NCBI RefSeq assembly: GCF_006345805.1
Contig: NC_043012.1
Coordinates: 18,228,001-18,292,000, forward strand
Direction: 5' to 3'
DNA from: Octopus sinensis
Lineage: Eukaryota
DNA: 64,000 nt
Of this stretch, positions 1 to 14,139 are shown in pieces. A program made the translations under genes and the position numbers. The notes beneath the pieces were generated by a model. The model was given only the letters and a program-made list of their open reading frames with translations. It had not been told where the DNA came from and ran no database searches. Position 1 is the stretch's first letter. Each line of letters opens with the position of its first letter.

Positions 1-713
1 ACATCCGAGCATACGGTCACGTCTGTGTGTGTGATCGTTTGTAAATACAATCAGGCGTATATAGTGGCAGATAAATAAAGATAACTTAGATGAGAGAAGA
101 TTAACAGTAGTAGAGAGAGAGAGAGAGCGGTAGATGGCGGGCGGTGATTATTAATACTGTAAGACAATCAGTTGAAATAAGTGAAAGACAAAGCTCCATA
201 TTGTATTGATTAACTACTCTTGAAATATATATATTGCGTTGAAAGTTAGTGAAAGGCTTGCTAGATAAGGAGATATTTTAACTTAAATTATGTATCTCGG
301 TCGTTAAGCAGAGAACCTCGTCCATAAACTTATCCGAAGTATATTTATCATGTTAACATGAAATTCCCCAAGGTCAGCGTTGAAATATATCGCTAATATT
401 AACGAATGACTTATTCCCTGCAGGTTTTCATCCTTTTACGCCTGATATTTCCTTCATTATGAGAATTTCAGATTACTAATAGGGTTATTTTATTTCATTT
501 TTTTATTATTTTTATTTTGCTGTATACTGTGTATTAAATTCATAACGGATACTCAGTAGGACAAAAATTGTTCAATTACTGCATTAAACAAAAACAAATG
601 ATGCTGCCCAATGTCACGAAGAGTATCTATGGCCAAACTGCATGTATTTCAAATACTATACTTAAAGAAGAAACGAAGCATACACGTAAGCACGTGTGTG
701 TGCGTATGTATGT

Positions 714-780
714 ATGTATGTATGTATGTTATGTATGTATGTGTGTATGTATGTATGTATGTATGTATGTATGTATGTAT
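714..780. repeat. (TATG)n microsatellite
   Basis: Directly visible tetranucleotide run. It explains the MYVC-type ORFs at 568-829. Confidence 0.95.
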
Positions 781-920
781 AATCTATCTAACTAATATTT
801 TTGATATTACATTCTGCATCAAACGATAAATATTTTAAATTCAAATTTTCACATGGACATAGAGATACACAGTGACTAAACAGGCTTTGCTATCACATAT
901 TACATTAAAGATATCAATGC

Positions 921-927
921 CTGTCTG

Positions 928-1000
<73 letters not shown>

Positions 1001-1055
1001 TTATTTATCTATATATCTATCTATCTATTTATCTATCTACCTATCTTTCTGACTT

Positions 1056-1090
<35 letters not shown>

Positions 1091-1145
1091 TTTTCATTCT
1101 TTCTTTCTATCTATCTGTGTATTGGTCTGCCTTTCTTTCTTTCTT

Positions 1146-1203
<58 letters not shown>

Positions 1204-1204
1204 C

Positions 1205-1258
<54 letters not shown>

Positions 1259-1300
1259 TTACCTATCAATCCATCATCCATCTATCTGTCCATCCATCCA
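921..1300. repeat. Compound (TCTA)n/(TC)n/(TTTC)n microsatellite
   Basis: Directly visible. It explains the IYLS-type ORFs. Confidence 0.95.
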
Positions 1301-1559
1301 CGCTAAATATCATATTTCGAGCTTCTAAGCATCCTGCAGCTTCTCGTCTGTAATAGCCGCTGTTTTTTTTTCTTGGACAAGGCCAACAATTATCAGCGGA
1401 CGACAGTAGTCGATGTTATCGGTGCCTAACTCTTGCGTGGGTCTCAATTCTATTGACCTCAGATGGATTGATTGTAAAGCTTACGTCGCGGGATTCGAAG
1501 TCGGAGCGTAAAGATTCCCAGTCATTGGGACACAGTAGAAATATATATTTTGTATATAT

Positions 1560-3118
1560 CAACATCACAATCAAGGAACGGCCATAATAGGCCATTCACC
1601 CACTAGAAATAACAGCCAAAGCTTCAACCGCAAAATAACATTAATTCCGCAAACCAGGAGAAAATTAAAAAAACGTTTACCCTGTAATTTCTTATACGAT
1701 ACACCGTTTCATCTACTGTTTAATGGTAAACTAACCTGATTAAATTAAATCAAGCCAATCTTCCATAGGCCCTTAGATTCGTCAGTAAGAAATAGCCAGA
1801 TCGGAACAGATATTTTCACGAGGCACTTCTGTCCCTGCCTCGGTAATAAACAGTAAACCATTAAACAGTAGATGAAACGGTGCATCGTATAAGAAATTAC
1901 AGGGTAAACGTTTTTTTTAATTTTCTCCTGGTTTGCGGAATTAATGTTATTTTGCGGTTGAAGCTTTGTCTGTTATTTCTAGTGGGTGAATGACCTATTA
2001 TGGCCGTTCCTTGATTGTGATGTTGAACTTATAAATGGTCTATGACTATTTAATTTTTTCCCACTAGGCCGCTGGTGACAAAAAAATTCTACAAAATTTT
2101 TTTGCCACCCGATATTGATTGATTAATTATGAATTTTCTGGTTGATTCCGTAATGGAATCGGCGGCTTATATTTATTTGCTGCCGATAAATTTGGCGCGA
2201 GTGCGATGATTTGAAAATTTTAGGTCAGATATTGCCGAGGCAGGGACAGAAGTGCCTCGTGAAAATATCTGTTCCGATCTGGCTATTTCTTACTGACGAA
2301 TCTAAGGGCCTATGGAAGATTGGCTTGATTTAATTTAATCAGGTTAGTTTACCATTAAACAGTAGATGAAACGGTGCATCGTATAAGAAATTACAGGGTA
2401 AACGTTTTTTTAAATTTTCTCCTGGTTTGCGGAATTAATGTTATTTTGCGGTTGAAGCTTTGTCTGTTATTTCTAGTGGGTGAATGGCCTATTATGGCCG
2501 TTCCTTGATTGTGATGTTGAACTTATAAATGGTCTATGACTATTTAATTTTTTCCCACTAGGCCGCTGGTGACAAAAAAATTCTACAAAATTTTTTTGGC
2601 ACCCTATATTGATTGATTAATTATGAATTTTCTGGTTGATTCCGTAATGGAATCGGCGGCTTATATTTATTTGCTGCCGATAAATTTGGCGCGAGTGCGA
2701 TGATTTGAAAATTTTAGGTCAGATATTGCCGAGGCAGGGACAGAAGTGCCTCGTGAAAATATCTGTTCCGATCTGGCTATTTCTTACTGACGAATCTAAG
2801 GGCCTATGGAAGATTGGCTTCATTTAATTTAATCAGGTTAGTTTACCATTAAACAGTAGATGAAACGGTGCATCGTATAAGAAATTACAGGGTAAACGTT
2901 TTTTTAAATTTTCTCCTGGTTTGCGGAATTAATGTTATTTTGCGGTTGAAGCTTTGGCTGTTATTTCTAGTGGGTGAATGGCCTATTATGGCCGTTCCTT
3001 GATTGTGATGTTGAACTTATAAATGGTCTATGACTATTTAATTTTTTCCCACTAGGCCGCTGGTGACAAAAAAATTCTACAAAATTTTTTTGCCACCCTA
3101 TATTGATTGATTAATTAT
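1560..3118 (+). mobile_element. TSD-flanked concatemeric insertion: inverted partial unit plus 2.55 tandem copies of a 494-bp unit
   Basis: ACCATTAAACAGTAGATG recurs at 1857, 2351 and 2845 (period 494). 1559-1848 is the reverse complement of about 2230-2520. TATTTTGTATATAT lies at 1546-1559 and 3116-3129, exactly at both boundaries. Confidence 0.85.
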
Positions 3119-3225
3119 TTTGTATATATATAAACTAATTCAGTAGATGCTTACAAGAAGAGAAAAGAGATAATAGAATAGAAAAATGGATCAAAATTTA
3201 ATATATGTTCTTACTGATTTTTACT

Positions 3226-3298
3226 CTTTTGAGAGAGAGAGAGAGAGAGATAAAGAGAGAGAGAGAGAGAAAGAGCGGGAGAGAAAGAGAGAGAGAAG

Positions 3299-3345
<47 letters not shown>
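3226..3345. repeat. (GA)n microsatellite
   Basis: Directly visible. Confidence 0.95.
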
Positions 3346-3347
<2 letters not shown>

Positions 3348-6344
3348 GGGTAATATGTCAATCATGTATATCTTCTTAAGCAAATTCCAGCTGAATTGCT
3401 GTGGACAAGTAGCGGACATGTTCAACTTCAGACTTCCCAAAGATAACTTCCTTGGTAAACCAAAAATGAGATACAAAGTCATACTCAAGACAACCATGAT
3501 CATGTGTATCTTGGGGTGTTTATTTGTGATGATCCTATTCGAGATCGCTCACTGTAACGCAGTGCTATCTGTTCTGACCTTGAGCACTCAGAATCAGATA
3601 TGAACAAAGAAGCAAGTGAGTGGATGACAGCACGGTAGGCTTACGCTGCTAATCCGTGTGTGCCGTTGTAACTGCTGATTTCCTTACACAATTATCCTAA
3701 TAAGTCGACTCAGGGTCTATAAAGAGTCAAGCTGCTACTCAGGTCCTGTTCAGAGAATTGAAGCACGAACCTAATAAACGATTCTGGCTGAACGGGTTGT
3801 CAAGATCAACAAAAGTTCAAAATATGTTGCAGGCATAGCACACCAAGCAAAGTGATTAACGGTATTTCGTCCGCCTTTACAATATGACTTCAAATTCCAC
3901 CGGTGTGGTCAATGTAATCAACTAACCCGATCCCTCGAGAATACTGGCCCTGTATCGGAATTTGAAAAGAATATAAGGAAGTGGAGATGGATTTAATAGT
4001 AGAAGCAAGGTATGGAAACTAGTTTATCTCAATTACAGTTTCTACCAGTCTTCGTTGATAAAATAAATATATGCACTGTTGCAGTCTTTACAGCATTTAA
4101 CAGGTGTATTTTACCATTGAACAGTGGCCGTTAGAGGTGTTTAAAGGTTTTACAACACATCATGAGAAGAATAGACAAATTTACTTTGTTTCAAAGATTC
4201 TTCGCATTTGTCATCCCGAATAGAGGAATAGGCAAATATATTCATCATTACTGCGCTTACAGTATTTAAACTGTGCATTTTGCTGTGGTTTAAATTCTCT
4301 TGGAAGTGCTTAACAGTTTTTTTAAGGTAGTTAATGTATCGGCTGCGCTTTACAGCTTTTGTTGTATAAACTTGTTAAAATTTCAACTGTTGATCTGTAA
4401 TGTCGAATTCAATTCTGGATTTTGTATTTTAAGTGCTACGGGAATACAAATGCAGACTGAAGTGCTTCAAAGATTTTCTTGGTGACGAAAGAGTATAAGT
4501 CTTTTCACGTTCATTTAGCTAGAAGAATATAGAAATTCACAGAAAATAGAAGATTTTGAATATGTAAGGTGATAATTTTAGCTCGATATCCTGAGGTGTG
4601 TAAGAATTTTTGTATTGAAAGAAAGTGATTTAGTTTGTGTGTTCCTGTTGTCAGAAAGAAAATATACTCTCAGAAAATTATAGATCTTGAAGGTTTGAAG
4701 ATTATTATTAAAAGACAATTTCTGTTGGCCTCTCTGAAACTGCGAAGAATACATCTAGTTACTCTAGGTGAACTCCCAACCATTAGTGCATCAGACAAAG
4801 TGTTTAATGTCATTTTTAGGCTCCTTTTGTTGCGAGTCCAGTTGCCACGAGTTCGACTTTATCTTTCATTCTTTCGGGTCCAATGAAATAAAAAGTACAG
4901 AAATTCTACGATTGATATAAACGACTTAATCTCTGATATCAACATTTCTGGCCTTGTACTAAATTAGAAAGAAATATTTTTGTCTTCTTTGACTATGTTG
5001 ATGCTTCTAGTGTTGTCTTTGTTGTAATGATTATTTATTTTGTTTTTATGTTGTTATCATTGAGAAATGATTAGTTTATTCTCAAACGCAAGTACTGCTA
5101 TAAGTGCAATCAGAGAAGAGTTAAGACTGTTGCGTACAGACAAAAAGAAATGACCGCAGGAAGTTTTAACTGCAGACTATTAAGATGAAAATTATATAAA
5201 GACACGTACTTAATGAGTTTGTTTTATTTTTTAATTTAGCAGAATTCATGAGTTTATGAGTTCGTATGCCTTAGGGGAGATAAGAAATATGTCATTATGA
5301 TATTGACCCTTCATCTACGAGAATAAATATTATTGCTAATGTTTGAAAAGTTCTTTTACTTCCTCGGTACGAATACATCTGTTTGCTCCACTACCTGCAC
5401 ACGACTATATATCTGAGATTTCGAATTTCAACGTATAATTTTTGTCAATCCCGACTTCCATAATTCTCCTTCAATCTTAAAAGATACGTTTTGAATGTTT
5501 TATATATGTTTTATACCAACAATAGATTTATCGAATACAAAGTGCAAAATATGATAAGTGATAAAAGGTAGGTATGTATTTATGTATTAATGTGTTTACG
5601 TCTCTTTTTATCTCAGTATCTCTCTCACCGGCTGCCTATGTTTCTATGTACCTATATTTCTATTAGCAATTTATTCTGAAAAACATCATAAGTGTTCCAT
5701 TTCTTGATTTTGAGCAATAAAGTAGACGACGTAAGTGCTAAATTACCAAAAAAAAAAAGAAGAAAAAAATACTGTATCTGATAAATAATAATATTATAGT
5801 GTGTACGTGTCTAGGTACCCAACTACCGAAATATCTACGTATGTATATTTCTATGTCTATTTTATGATGCGGAAAAAAAATAACTGTTTCTTTTCTCCAT
5901 TTTGTGAATTGCAAAGACAAAAATAAGTGCTAAAATTATGAAGAAAGAATTCTATTATCTGATGAATAATAGTATTATACTCTATACCTATGTATGTTGC
6001 TTGTAATATATCTATGTATCTAAATTTCCTTGGCTATTGTATCATACTAAATGAAGAAACAGATAAGAGTTTCGTTTGTTTATCTTGTACATTAAAGAAG
6101 TCAAAGGCAGTACAAACGTATTGCGAATCACGTGTAAACAATTCTGTTTATAAATTTAGTTTAAAACTGAAGCAAAAGCCAACATCGGAATCTCTTACTA
6201 AGAAAATCAATTAGATATTCAAAGATATGTGGTTTCATTACGTATTGCGTGACCTCTAATTAAAGACAGGTGACTGCTCTTTGTGTACGTGTGTATGTGC
6301 GACTTTCTATTGGTATTGGTTTCTCAATATCTGTATATATGTAA

Positions 6345-6730
6345 GGCGGCGAGCTGGCAGAAACGTTAGCACGCCGGACGAAATGCGTAGCCGGATTTCG
6401 TCTGCCGTTACGTTCTGAGTTCAAATTCCACCGAGGTCGACTTTGCCTTTCATCCTTTCGGGGTTGATTAAATAAGTTCCAGTTACGCACTGGGGTCGAT
6501 ATAATCGACTTAATGCGTTTGTCCGTCCTTGTTTGTCTTCTCTGTGTTTAGCCCCTTGTGGGTAGTAAAGAAATGGGTCTTTCGCCTGCCGCTACGTTCT
6601 GAGTTCAAATTCCGCCGACGTCGACTTTGCCTTTCTTCCTTTCGGGGTCGATAAGTTAAGTACCAGGTGCGCACTGGGGTCGATCTAATTCCCCCAAATT
6701 TTGTGACTTGTGCCTAGAGTAGTAAAGAGT
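6345..6730 (+). mobile_element. tRNA-derived SINE family A (octopus OK-like): full copy 6345-6578 plus 5'-truncated tandem copy 6581-6730
   Basis: Head GGCGGCGAGCTGGCAGAAACGTTAGC with B-box-like GAGTTCAAATTCC. Near-identical copies at 18399 and 20775. The family name is from recall. Confidence 0.85.
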
Positions 6731-7267
6731 ATATATATATATGTGCGTAGGGAATGGAGCGTGGGGCAATAATTTTGTGTTCCCGTTAATATACGTTTAC
6801 GTGTTTAGATATTAGGAATATATTTGAAATAAATTATATTGAATAACATCACTTTTAATGTCGGAAATCGAACACTTTTATACAAAAAGTTATTGAAATA
6901 CAATTAATATGTATAAGAAATTAATAAATGGATTCTGATTCCATAAGGATATTTATATTATTAATATCAAGTAGCAATTTTAATGACGTATTCAGCGTAG
7001 GAACACTAGTCGCCATCCCACCTTGCAAGGTCTTCGAAAATGATGCGAAAAATGCGAAATCATTTAAGATTCTTCTGTTTAACGAGTTTATATATCCCAA
7101 AGGGAAAACTACTACGAGAAGGGAACTCACCTTCTTATGAAAGATCATAAATAGCATATTCTAGGTTAAAACCTGCAAAATTTGCAATCGAATCTACAGT
7201 GCGATTGGATGAAAGGCAAGATGGGTATACCTTGGATATTATCATACATATATGCATCCATCCATCC

Positions 7268-7268
7268 G

Positions 7269-7354
<86 letters not shown>

Positions 7355-7363
7355 AATCTATCA

Positions 7364-7445
<82 letters not shown>

Positions 7446-7470
7446 ATATAAATATATATATATATATATA
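7268..7470. repeat. (TCTA)n followed by (TA)n microsatellite
   Basis: Directly visible. Confidence 0.95.
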
Positions 7471-8293
7471 GGGAGAGAGATAGATAGAAATATAGATAGA
7501 TAGATATGTATGTATTGATATTTATACACACACACAAGTCAAACACTTGTCTATTGAATGCTGTTCAGGTTTCAAAGGATAATGGAAGCTATAAAATGTG
7601 GCTTTTGATAAACTCACCAACATATTACAATGTTGTTAATGAATATATTCCGCGCTTAAAACTGACCTTGAAAATGTAGTTTATTTCAATTATCTGCGAC
7701 AGTTTGGATTTTAGATACTCAACCAGCAAGGACCTTATGCAAGTCCCCAACCCATTTGCTACAAATGATGAGAAAATCCTATAAAAATTGCACACGTCTA
7801 TCAAACAAAGGAAGCCTTTTATAAATAATGCTTTTGGCTTTCGTATATTCTTTCTGCGAAAGAAACATGATGGTCACGGATCGATTTTCCTTTCTTTTGG
7901 ATTTGCCTGATTTTCACAGACTCGAACAAAAATAACCAACAACATATGAAACGATTATAATGGGAATATAACACGCTGTTATTTGAACTCACGAAATACT
8001 CTAAAATAAATAGACCAACATTATACTTTCTATATGTCTACAAAGATACGTTCACTGTTATGATTCAATGACATGAGACTAAACCTCATGAGAAATAATA
8101 CTCTGCCATTATAGGGTGACGGTCAATTACAGAGCATATTTTCATCAGATGCCACTTCTATTTAATAGCTACGGGGTAATGAAGCAAAAGAAATGGTAAG
8201 CATTACCTAGAAACACAATAAATCACTTGCAGTGGGTAATAGTTATGAATGAAACTATCACCATTCCCAAAATCTATTTATCTATCACTCATC

Positions 8294-8342
<49 letters not shown>

Positions 8343-8664
8343 CTCTTCCCCACGTATTCACACATATATGTATATATGTTACTTTAATATAATTATCAAA
8401 GAGAATATGAGAATAGATACAGAATATTTACTGACAGAGAAAGCTACACAATAATAAAACTAGAGTCATTATTCTAAAATTCGCTTTGACTGTTGCTCTA
8501 AATTTCGACAGACGCTAATTTTGCAATAGCTGTCTATATGCATGTGAGTGAGTGTATATACATATATTTAATTATATATGCCTGTATATATATATATACA
8601 TATAAACAAAGAGAGAGAGAGGGGAGGGAGAGGTAGAGAGAGAGAAACAGATAGATAGATAGAT

Positions 8665-8727
<63 letters not shown>

Positions 8728-8977
8728 GAGAGATAACTACATACATAGATCGAGCGATGGCCAGTGTGAGTTTAGAAGTCATATTTTGAATGATGACTAA
8801 ATTCCTGTGGTTGAGGGAGAAGATATGTTCCGTTGAATGGGTCCAAAGATACCCGTCATAATTACTGAATCCGTGAACCATAGGAGTTAACCAAAAGTTT
8901 TGCCATTTCTAAGATCTATATCTATATCTATATAAATATCTGACTACATATCTATTTCTGTCCAACTAAATATTTCA

Positions 8978-9095
8978 TGCATGTATGTATGTATGTATGT
9001 ATGTATGTATGTATGTATGTATGTATGTATGTATGTATGTATGTATGTATGTATGTATGTATGTATGCATGTATGTATGCTTGTAGGTATGTATG
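8978..9095. repeat. (TATG)n microsatellite
   Basis: Directly visible. Confidence 0.95.
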
Positions 9096-9513
9096 TTTCT
9101 GCCTGAGAGTGTTTACGTGTTTGTAAGTGTGTGCTTTCCTATGGAAAACGATGAGTGAATACTAAATTTTATACTGGAATCCTTCTAAGAAGCTGATACA
9201 TTAGTGTCTATATTAATCGTGAACTGAATTATGTATAAATAAATAGTCTGTGTATAATTCGGTACAGGACATTTCAGTGGAGATCATTACATGCATGAAA
9301 ATTGTTATATTAAAAATCTATAACTTGACTTATCTGAGGATTCTTTTGCTATCATTTCTTTTAGAGCATAACGGCAGATATCTGTCTGAATTATCTTTCG
9401 TATCTATTAGAGTCATAATTTATATAGGTTTGTCTAACTCGATTTTAGAAGGACATGTAGAAACTACAAAATAATGAACAACATATACTATGTAAATTAA
9501 ATTTTTTTAACAT

Positions 9514-9722
9514 GCGAGATGGCAGAATTGTAAGTATGCCGGGCGAAATGCTTCGCAGCATTTCGTCCTCCTTCACCATCTGGCTTCAAGTTCCACTAAG
9601 GTCGATTTTGCCTTTCATCCTTCTGGGTCGATAAGATAAGGACCAGTTGAAAAATGGGGTCCATGTAATCGAATCATCCACTTCCCTTGAAACTACTGAC
9701 CTTATTTCAAAATTTGAAACCA
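9514..9722 (+). mobile_element. Degenerate SINE family A copy
   Basis: Aligns by eye to 6345-6578: GATGGCAGAA...GGGCGAAATGCTT...GGTCGATTTTGCCTTTCATCC. Confidence 0.7.
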
Positions 9723-10624
9723 ATAGTTCTGTACATGTGTTAGAAGGCTAACACAATTCTAAACTTCGACTTTAGCATATAACGTTCCGATTTTCTGTAC
9801 TTTTCCTTAAAGCAATGTTTCTTCTTACTTTGCCTCTTGTTTATAATCCTTCACTTAATCCTTGTCATATTCCTCTAATACCTTTCATTTAATTCCGCTT
9901 TTCCCTCTGTTTTCTGCAACAATTTCTATTTGCGTATAAATACAAAAACAAACCACTAGTTTATTGCTTAAATATACCTGACATGCCATGAAAACAGCGA
10001 AGTATGTCTGCAATATGTGAGATACCGTTCGTTTTAAAACAAATATAGCATACACTTCAAATATATGAAGGTCTTTCATGATTTGATGTTAGCTGTATCT
10101 GTATATATACGTTTCATATATATAAATGCATAGACCATAATAGAGGAAATTTATATAAAAAACACACAAATATATGAATCAATTTATAAAATAGAAAGTA
10201 GAATTTTGGTAAACGTATAGCACTCTCTAGCCTCGTATTGTTTCATTGTTTTATGATGTGCCACCATTTATTTAAAACAGTTCACTTAGCCATAATGATT
10301 GCTTTGTTTGTGTTAGCGATTGTACCATGTCAGTTTTAATGATGTTTTAAAGCTATCTCTGCATCATCAATAATGCTAGCTGGTATATTTGTATGCTGTT
10401 TGTTCACTTTTATATTAAGATTTTATAGTTTTCACACACATACACACACAAGCACACGCCACACACACATACGGACACACAAGTACAGACGTACATAAAT
10501 ATGCGCAGATATAGAGGTATATGCATGTCGATATAACCATGTATATAATCATATATGTATGCAAATATATCTTAATACGTGTATATATACACGTGTATAT
10601 ATATATATATATATAATATATATA

Positions 10625-10667
<43 letters not shown>

Positions 10668-11886
10668 CACGCGTACATACATAAATAGATACATACAAAA
10701 TATATATGTGCATATACTCAAATGCACATACACGCATCTATGCAATCATATGCGTATATACATGCATACGTACATGCATACATACATATATACATACATA
10801 TATACATAATGCATACATATATCTATATACATGCACACATATACATATACACATATATATGTACACACGCACACCAACAGTACGTACATTGATATATGTA
10901 TGTGTTCATGTATGTGCATGTGTGTGCATCTGTGTGTGTATCTGTTTGTGTGTGTACACACATGAACAATGCGTTGCGATACGATGCAGACTTTTCTGTC
11001 TAGTGCCCTCCACTGAAGTAATTTTTTTTATCTTCTATTTAATATGCTACAATTTATTTAAGACCGCTTGCATATTCAAGTTGATTATTTATGTTTACGA
11101 TATTGCCATGTCATTTTTAATGAGATTTGAAACGTACATGACTGTATTAGGCAACCTAAATCTCATATATATTTTCTGTTCTGAATTATATTTATAATGG
11201 GTTTTATATGTTCTTACCTATAACGACAGAAAAATATATACAGCGTGATCTTCAGGTTCTGCTATTATCTTTTGAGAAATGGGTGTAAGGATGAGGTCAG
11301 CATCTCATTTTTTTTTGTTTTTTGGTATTTTTACCACGCATTAAAAGAGTTCCACTATTACATCAAGAGTTTCATTATTGATGTAATATTCAATGTAAGA
11401 TAAAGCATTTTCTGATGTTTTTTTTTATTGTAGATGCACATTGCAAGTATCAGAAAGTGTACTCGTAGTTTGACCTGAAAATCATCAATCATATTCTCAT
11501 TGTTTACCTCTACAATTTTTATCCTTCCATTATTGGTTACAAGTAATCAGCGTTTGGATGATTTGTTTTCAAAATGTTATAAGAAAGACATTATGGAGCA
11601 TCTACCTGAGGTTTGATATTTATGATTTTGTAGATTATGCTATAGCTATTTCTTATTCAAATGGTGACAACATTAACATCTAGTAAATGTCTCCTGACTT
11701 AGCATGCTTTTCTCTATTGGAAATTTAAGCATCTCTGTAGCAACAAATTTATTACTTTTAGTTTAAGGCAAATAAAGATTTATGGCTTCGTTTATTAAAA
11801 ATATTATTATTCTAATATAATCTGACGATTAGACTGGGTATTGCAGTCGCCTTGGACACACACAGACACAGACACAGACACACACA

Positions 11887-11962
<76 letters not shown>

Positions 11963-12765
11963 ATACACAGATATGAAATATATTTATATATGCTCTTGCT
12001 CTGTCTCTGCATATATATCTTAAGAAACGTGGCAATTGAAAATTCTGGAAATATTATTGTAAGCTTTCTCACTGTGGAAAATTGTCGGATATCAGGTCGT
12101 ATAACCCTCTCACACCCAGCTCACACTGCCGAAGAAAAACAAATTGAAATTAGTACGTGTGCGACTGGAACACACACCAGTTATTTTCACGATGAGGGTG
12201 CTGAACGATTACATCAAAATACCCGCCTTTTTATTCTGTAAAATTTAGTAACTATTACCTCATAGCTGTAAGTGAGTAAACATATGCGTATTCTGCGTAA
12301 GTTAGTAAATGGAGATGAGTGAAGAATTGAAAAATGTAATTATAACCCTTCACTGTGTATCGACGATAGAAAATAGGTGAATAAGTTGTAATCGGTCGAC
12401 ACACTTAACGCGAATATAAGAGGCGTGGATTCGATCCCGACACAAACAAATGGCCATCATTTCCGTCGAAGGTGTATATGTCCTAATATTAAACAGTAAG
12501 GTAAGAAATCAGTTGGTAAATCACTCCACTGATACATGAAGATTATCTTCTGTAAATTCTATGCATGATCAAAGAAACCATAATGAAAGAAGCTGTCACT
12601 GTTTGATCGATTCATATTGATCAAAGCCTGCAAAGTATATATCAGTTTGAACTGTATCATACAGCGTATGTGGTAAAATGTGTATTATATACAAGCTTAT
12701 GTGCATTACATACAAGCATGTAGGTATGCATGTTTATATGCATATATATATACATATACATAGAG

Positions 12766-12834
<69 letters not shown>

Positions 12835-14028
12835 TGTAGATATAGATATATGTATGTATGTATATACATGTGTGTGTGAGTGAGTACCTGTGCTTGCATG
12901 TTTCTGTGTGTCTGTACAATAGCTAATAAGCCAAAAGTTTGTAGGTACTCCATAACTTCTTGATCTGCATGCTATCTTCGGATAAATTTTATATTCAATC
13001 ATTTAAAATATTTTCATTAACACGGACTACTTTAAGAGAATATTGCATATGACTTTCTGTATCTACATATTCCATTTTATGTTGCACAATACGTCAAAGA
13101 TTCAAATTTTCATTTAGTACTCCTGTAGCCATGATGGCGATTTTAGACATGATATTTTTAATATTATATTCATTGACTATTTTCCTTTCATTTCAATACT
13201 TTTTAAATGAATTTGTTTCTTTTACTTCATTCTGTCATTTATTCTAGTATTTCGTAATTCGTTTCACACTAGAAATCTTTTCACGCGCTGTTTCAAAAGG
13301 CCGTTGACCATTTTCATCCAATGGGAATCTAAATGTTTTTTAAGCTTTTGAAATGATTTCAGTTGGTCTTCATCAAAGAGGGGCATAGAGGTTCATTTAC
13401 AGAGACATAATTTTTAACATTTCCTCTTTAAAACATACAAGTAACACCAACTTTTCATCTTATATTTAGTATAATTTCCTAGAATTTATAAACCCATACG
13501 TTTATCTGAACCCAAGGGCTAACTAAATACTTAGAGTCTTTGATTAATTACGAAGGGGTCACAAAATTATCACTTGGCACTTAGAAAGTAAGTCATTACA
13601 TCTGGCTCAAGCACGAGTGGGGCGGCAAGAATGGGCACTGAGGTCGATACAAACATCTGACCCAAAATTGCAGCATTTGACTCAACAAATCTGGTGTTTT
13701 ATGAGTGCTTTGTCGTTTATAGCGGTGGGGGATCGAAGGTAGCTGTGAATTGACGGCAGAAGCGATCGAAACACTTAAAAGTCAGTTTCACCACCTGGTG
13801 AGATATCAACTCCCGTATTAAGACACAACGTACAGCAGCAACCGCAGCACCATATTCTTTGGAAGAAAGCAAGCGAATGTATACGAAAACAAGGACGAAA
13901 AGAAGAAAACGGCGAAATGGTACGCAATTATAAATAATATATATATAAATATATATAAATAAATATTTATACACACATATATATATATATATACATACAT
14001 ACCTATACACATATATATAAATATATAG

Positions 14029-14065
<37 letters not shown>

Positions 14066-14084
14066 CATACATATATACATTAAT

Positions 14085-14120
<36 letters not shown>

Positions 14121-14139
14121 GTATATGTGTGTGTGTGTG

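Noticed and set aside
568-1353. ORFs such as [26 protein letters not shown] and LLLL here and throughout the track
   Set aside because: They are stop-free translations of microsatellites, not genes.
2290-2335. CTGACGA box followed by a stem in the 494-bp unit, considered as a hammerhead
   Set aside because: No GAAA box follows stem II and no stem I or III pairing was found.
1857-3118. Tandem array considered as CRISPR or plain satellite
   Set aside because: There are no unique spacers, the unit is far too long, the context is eukaryotic, and the TSD plus inversion point to an insertion.
3346-3640. ORF with a hydrophobic stretch (MSIMYIF...QNQI) and an alternate-frame HVYLGVFICDD
   Set aside because: No recognisable family. 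The faint resemblance to a LINE YLG motif is too short to call.
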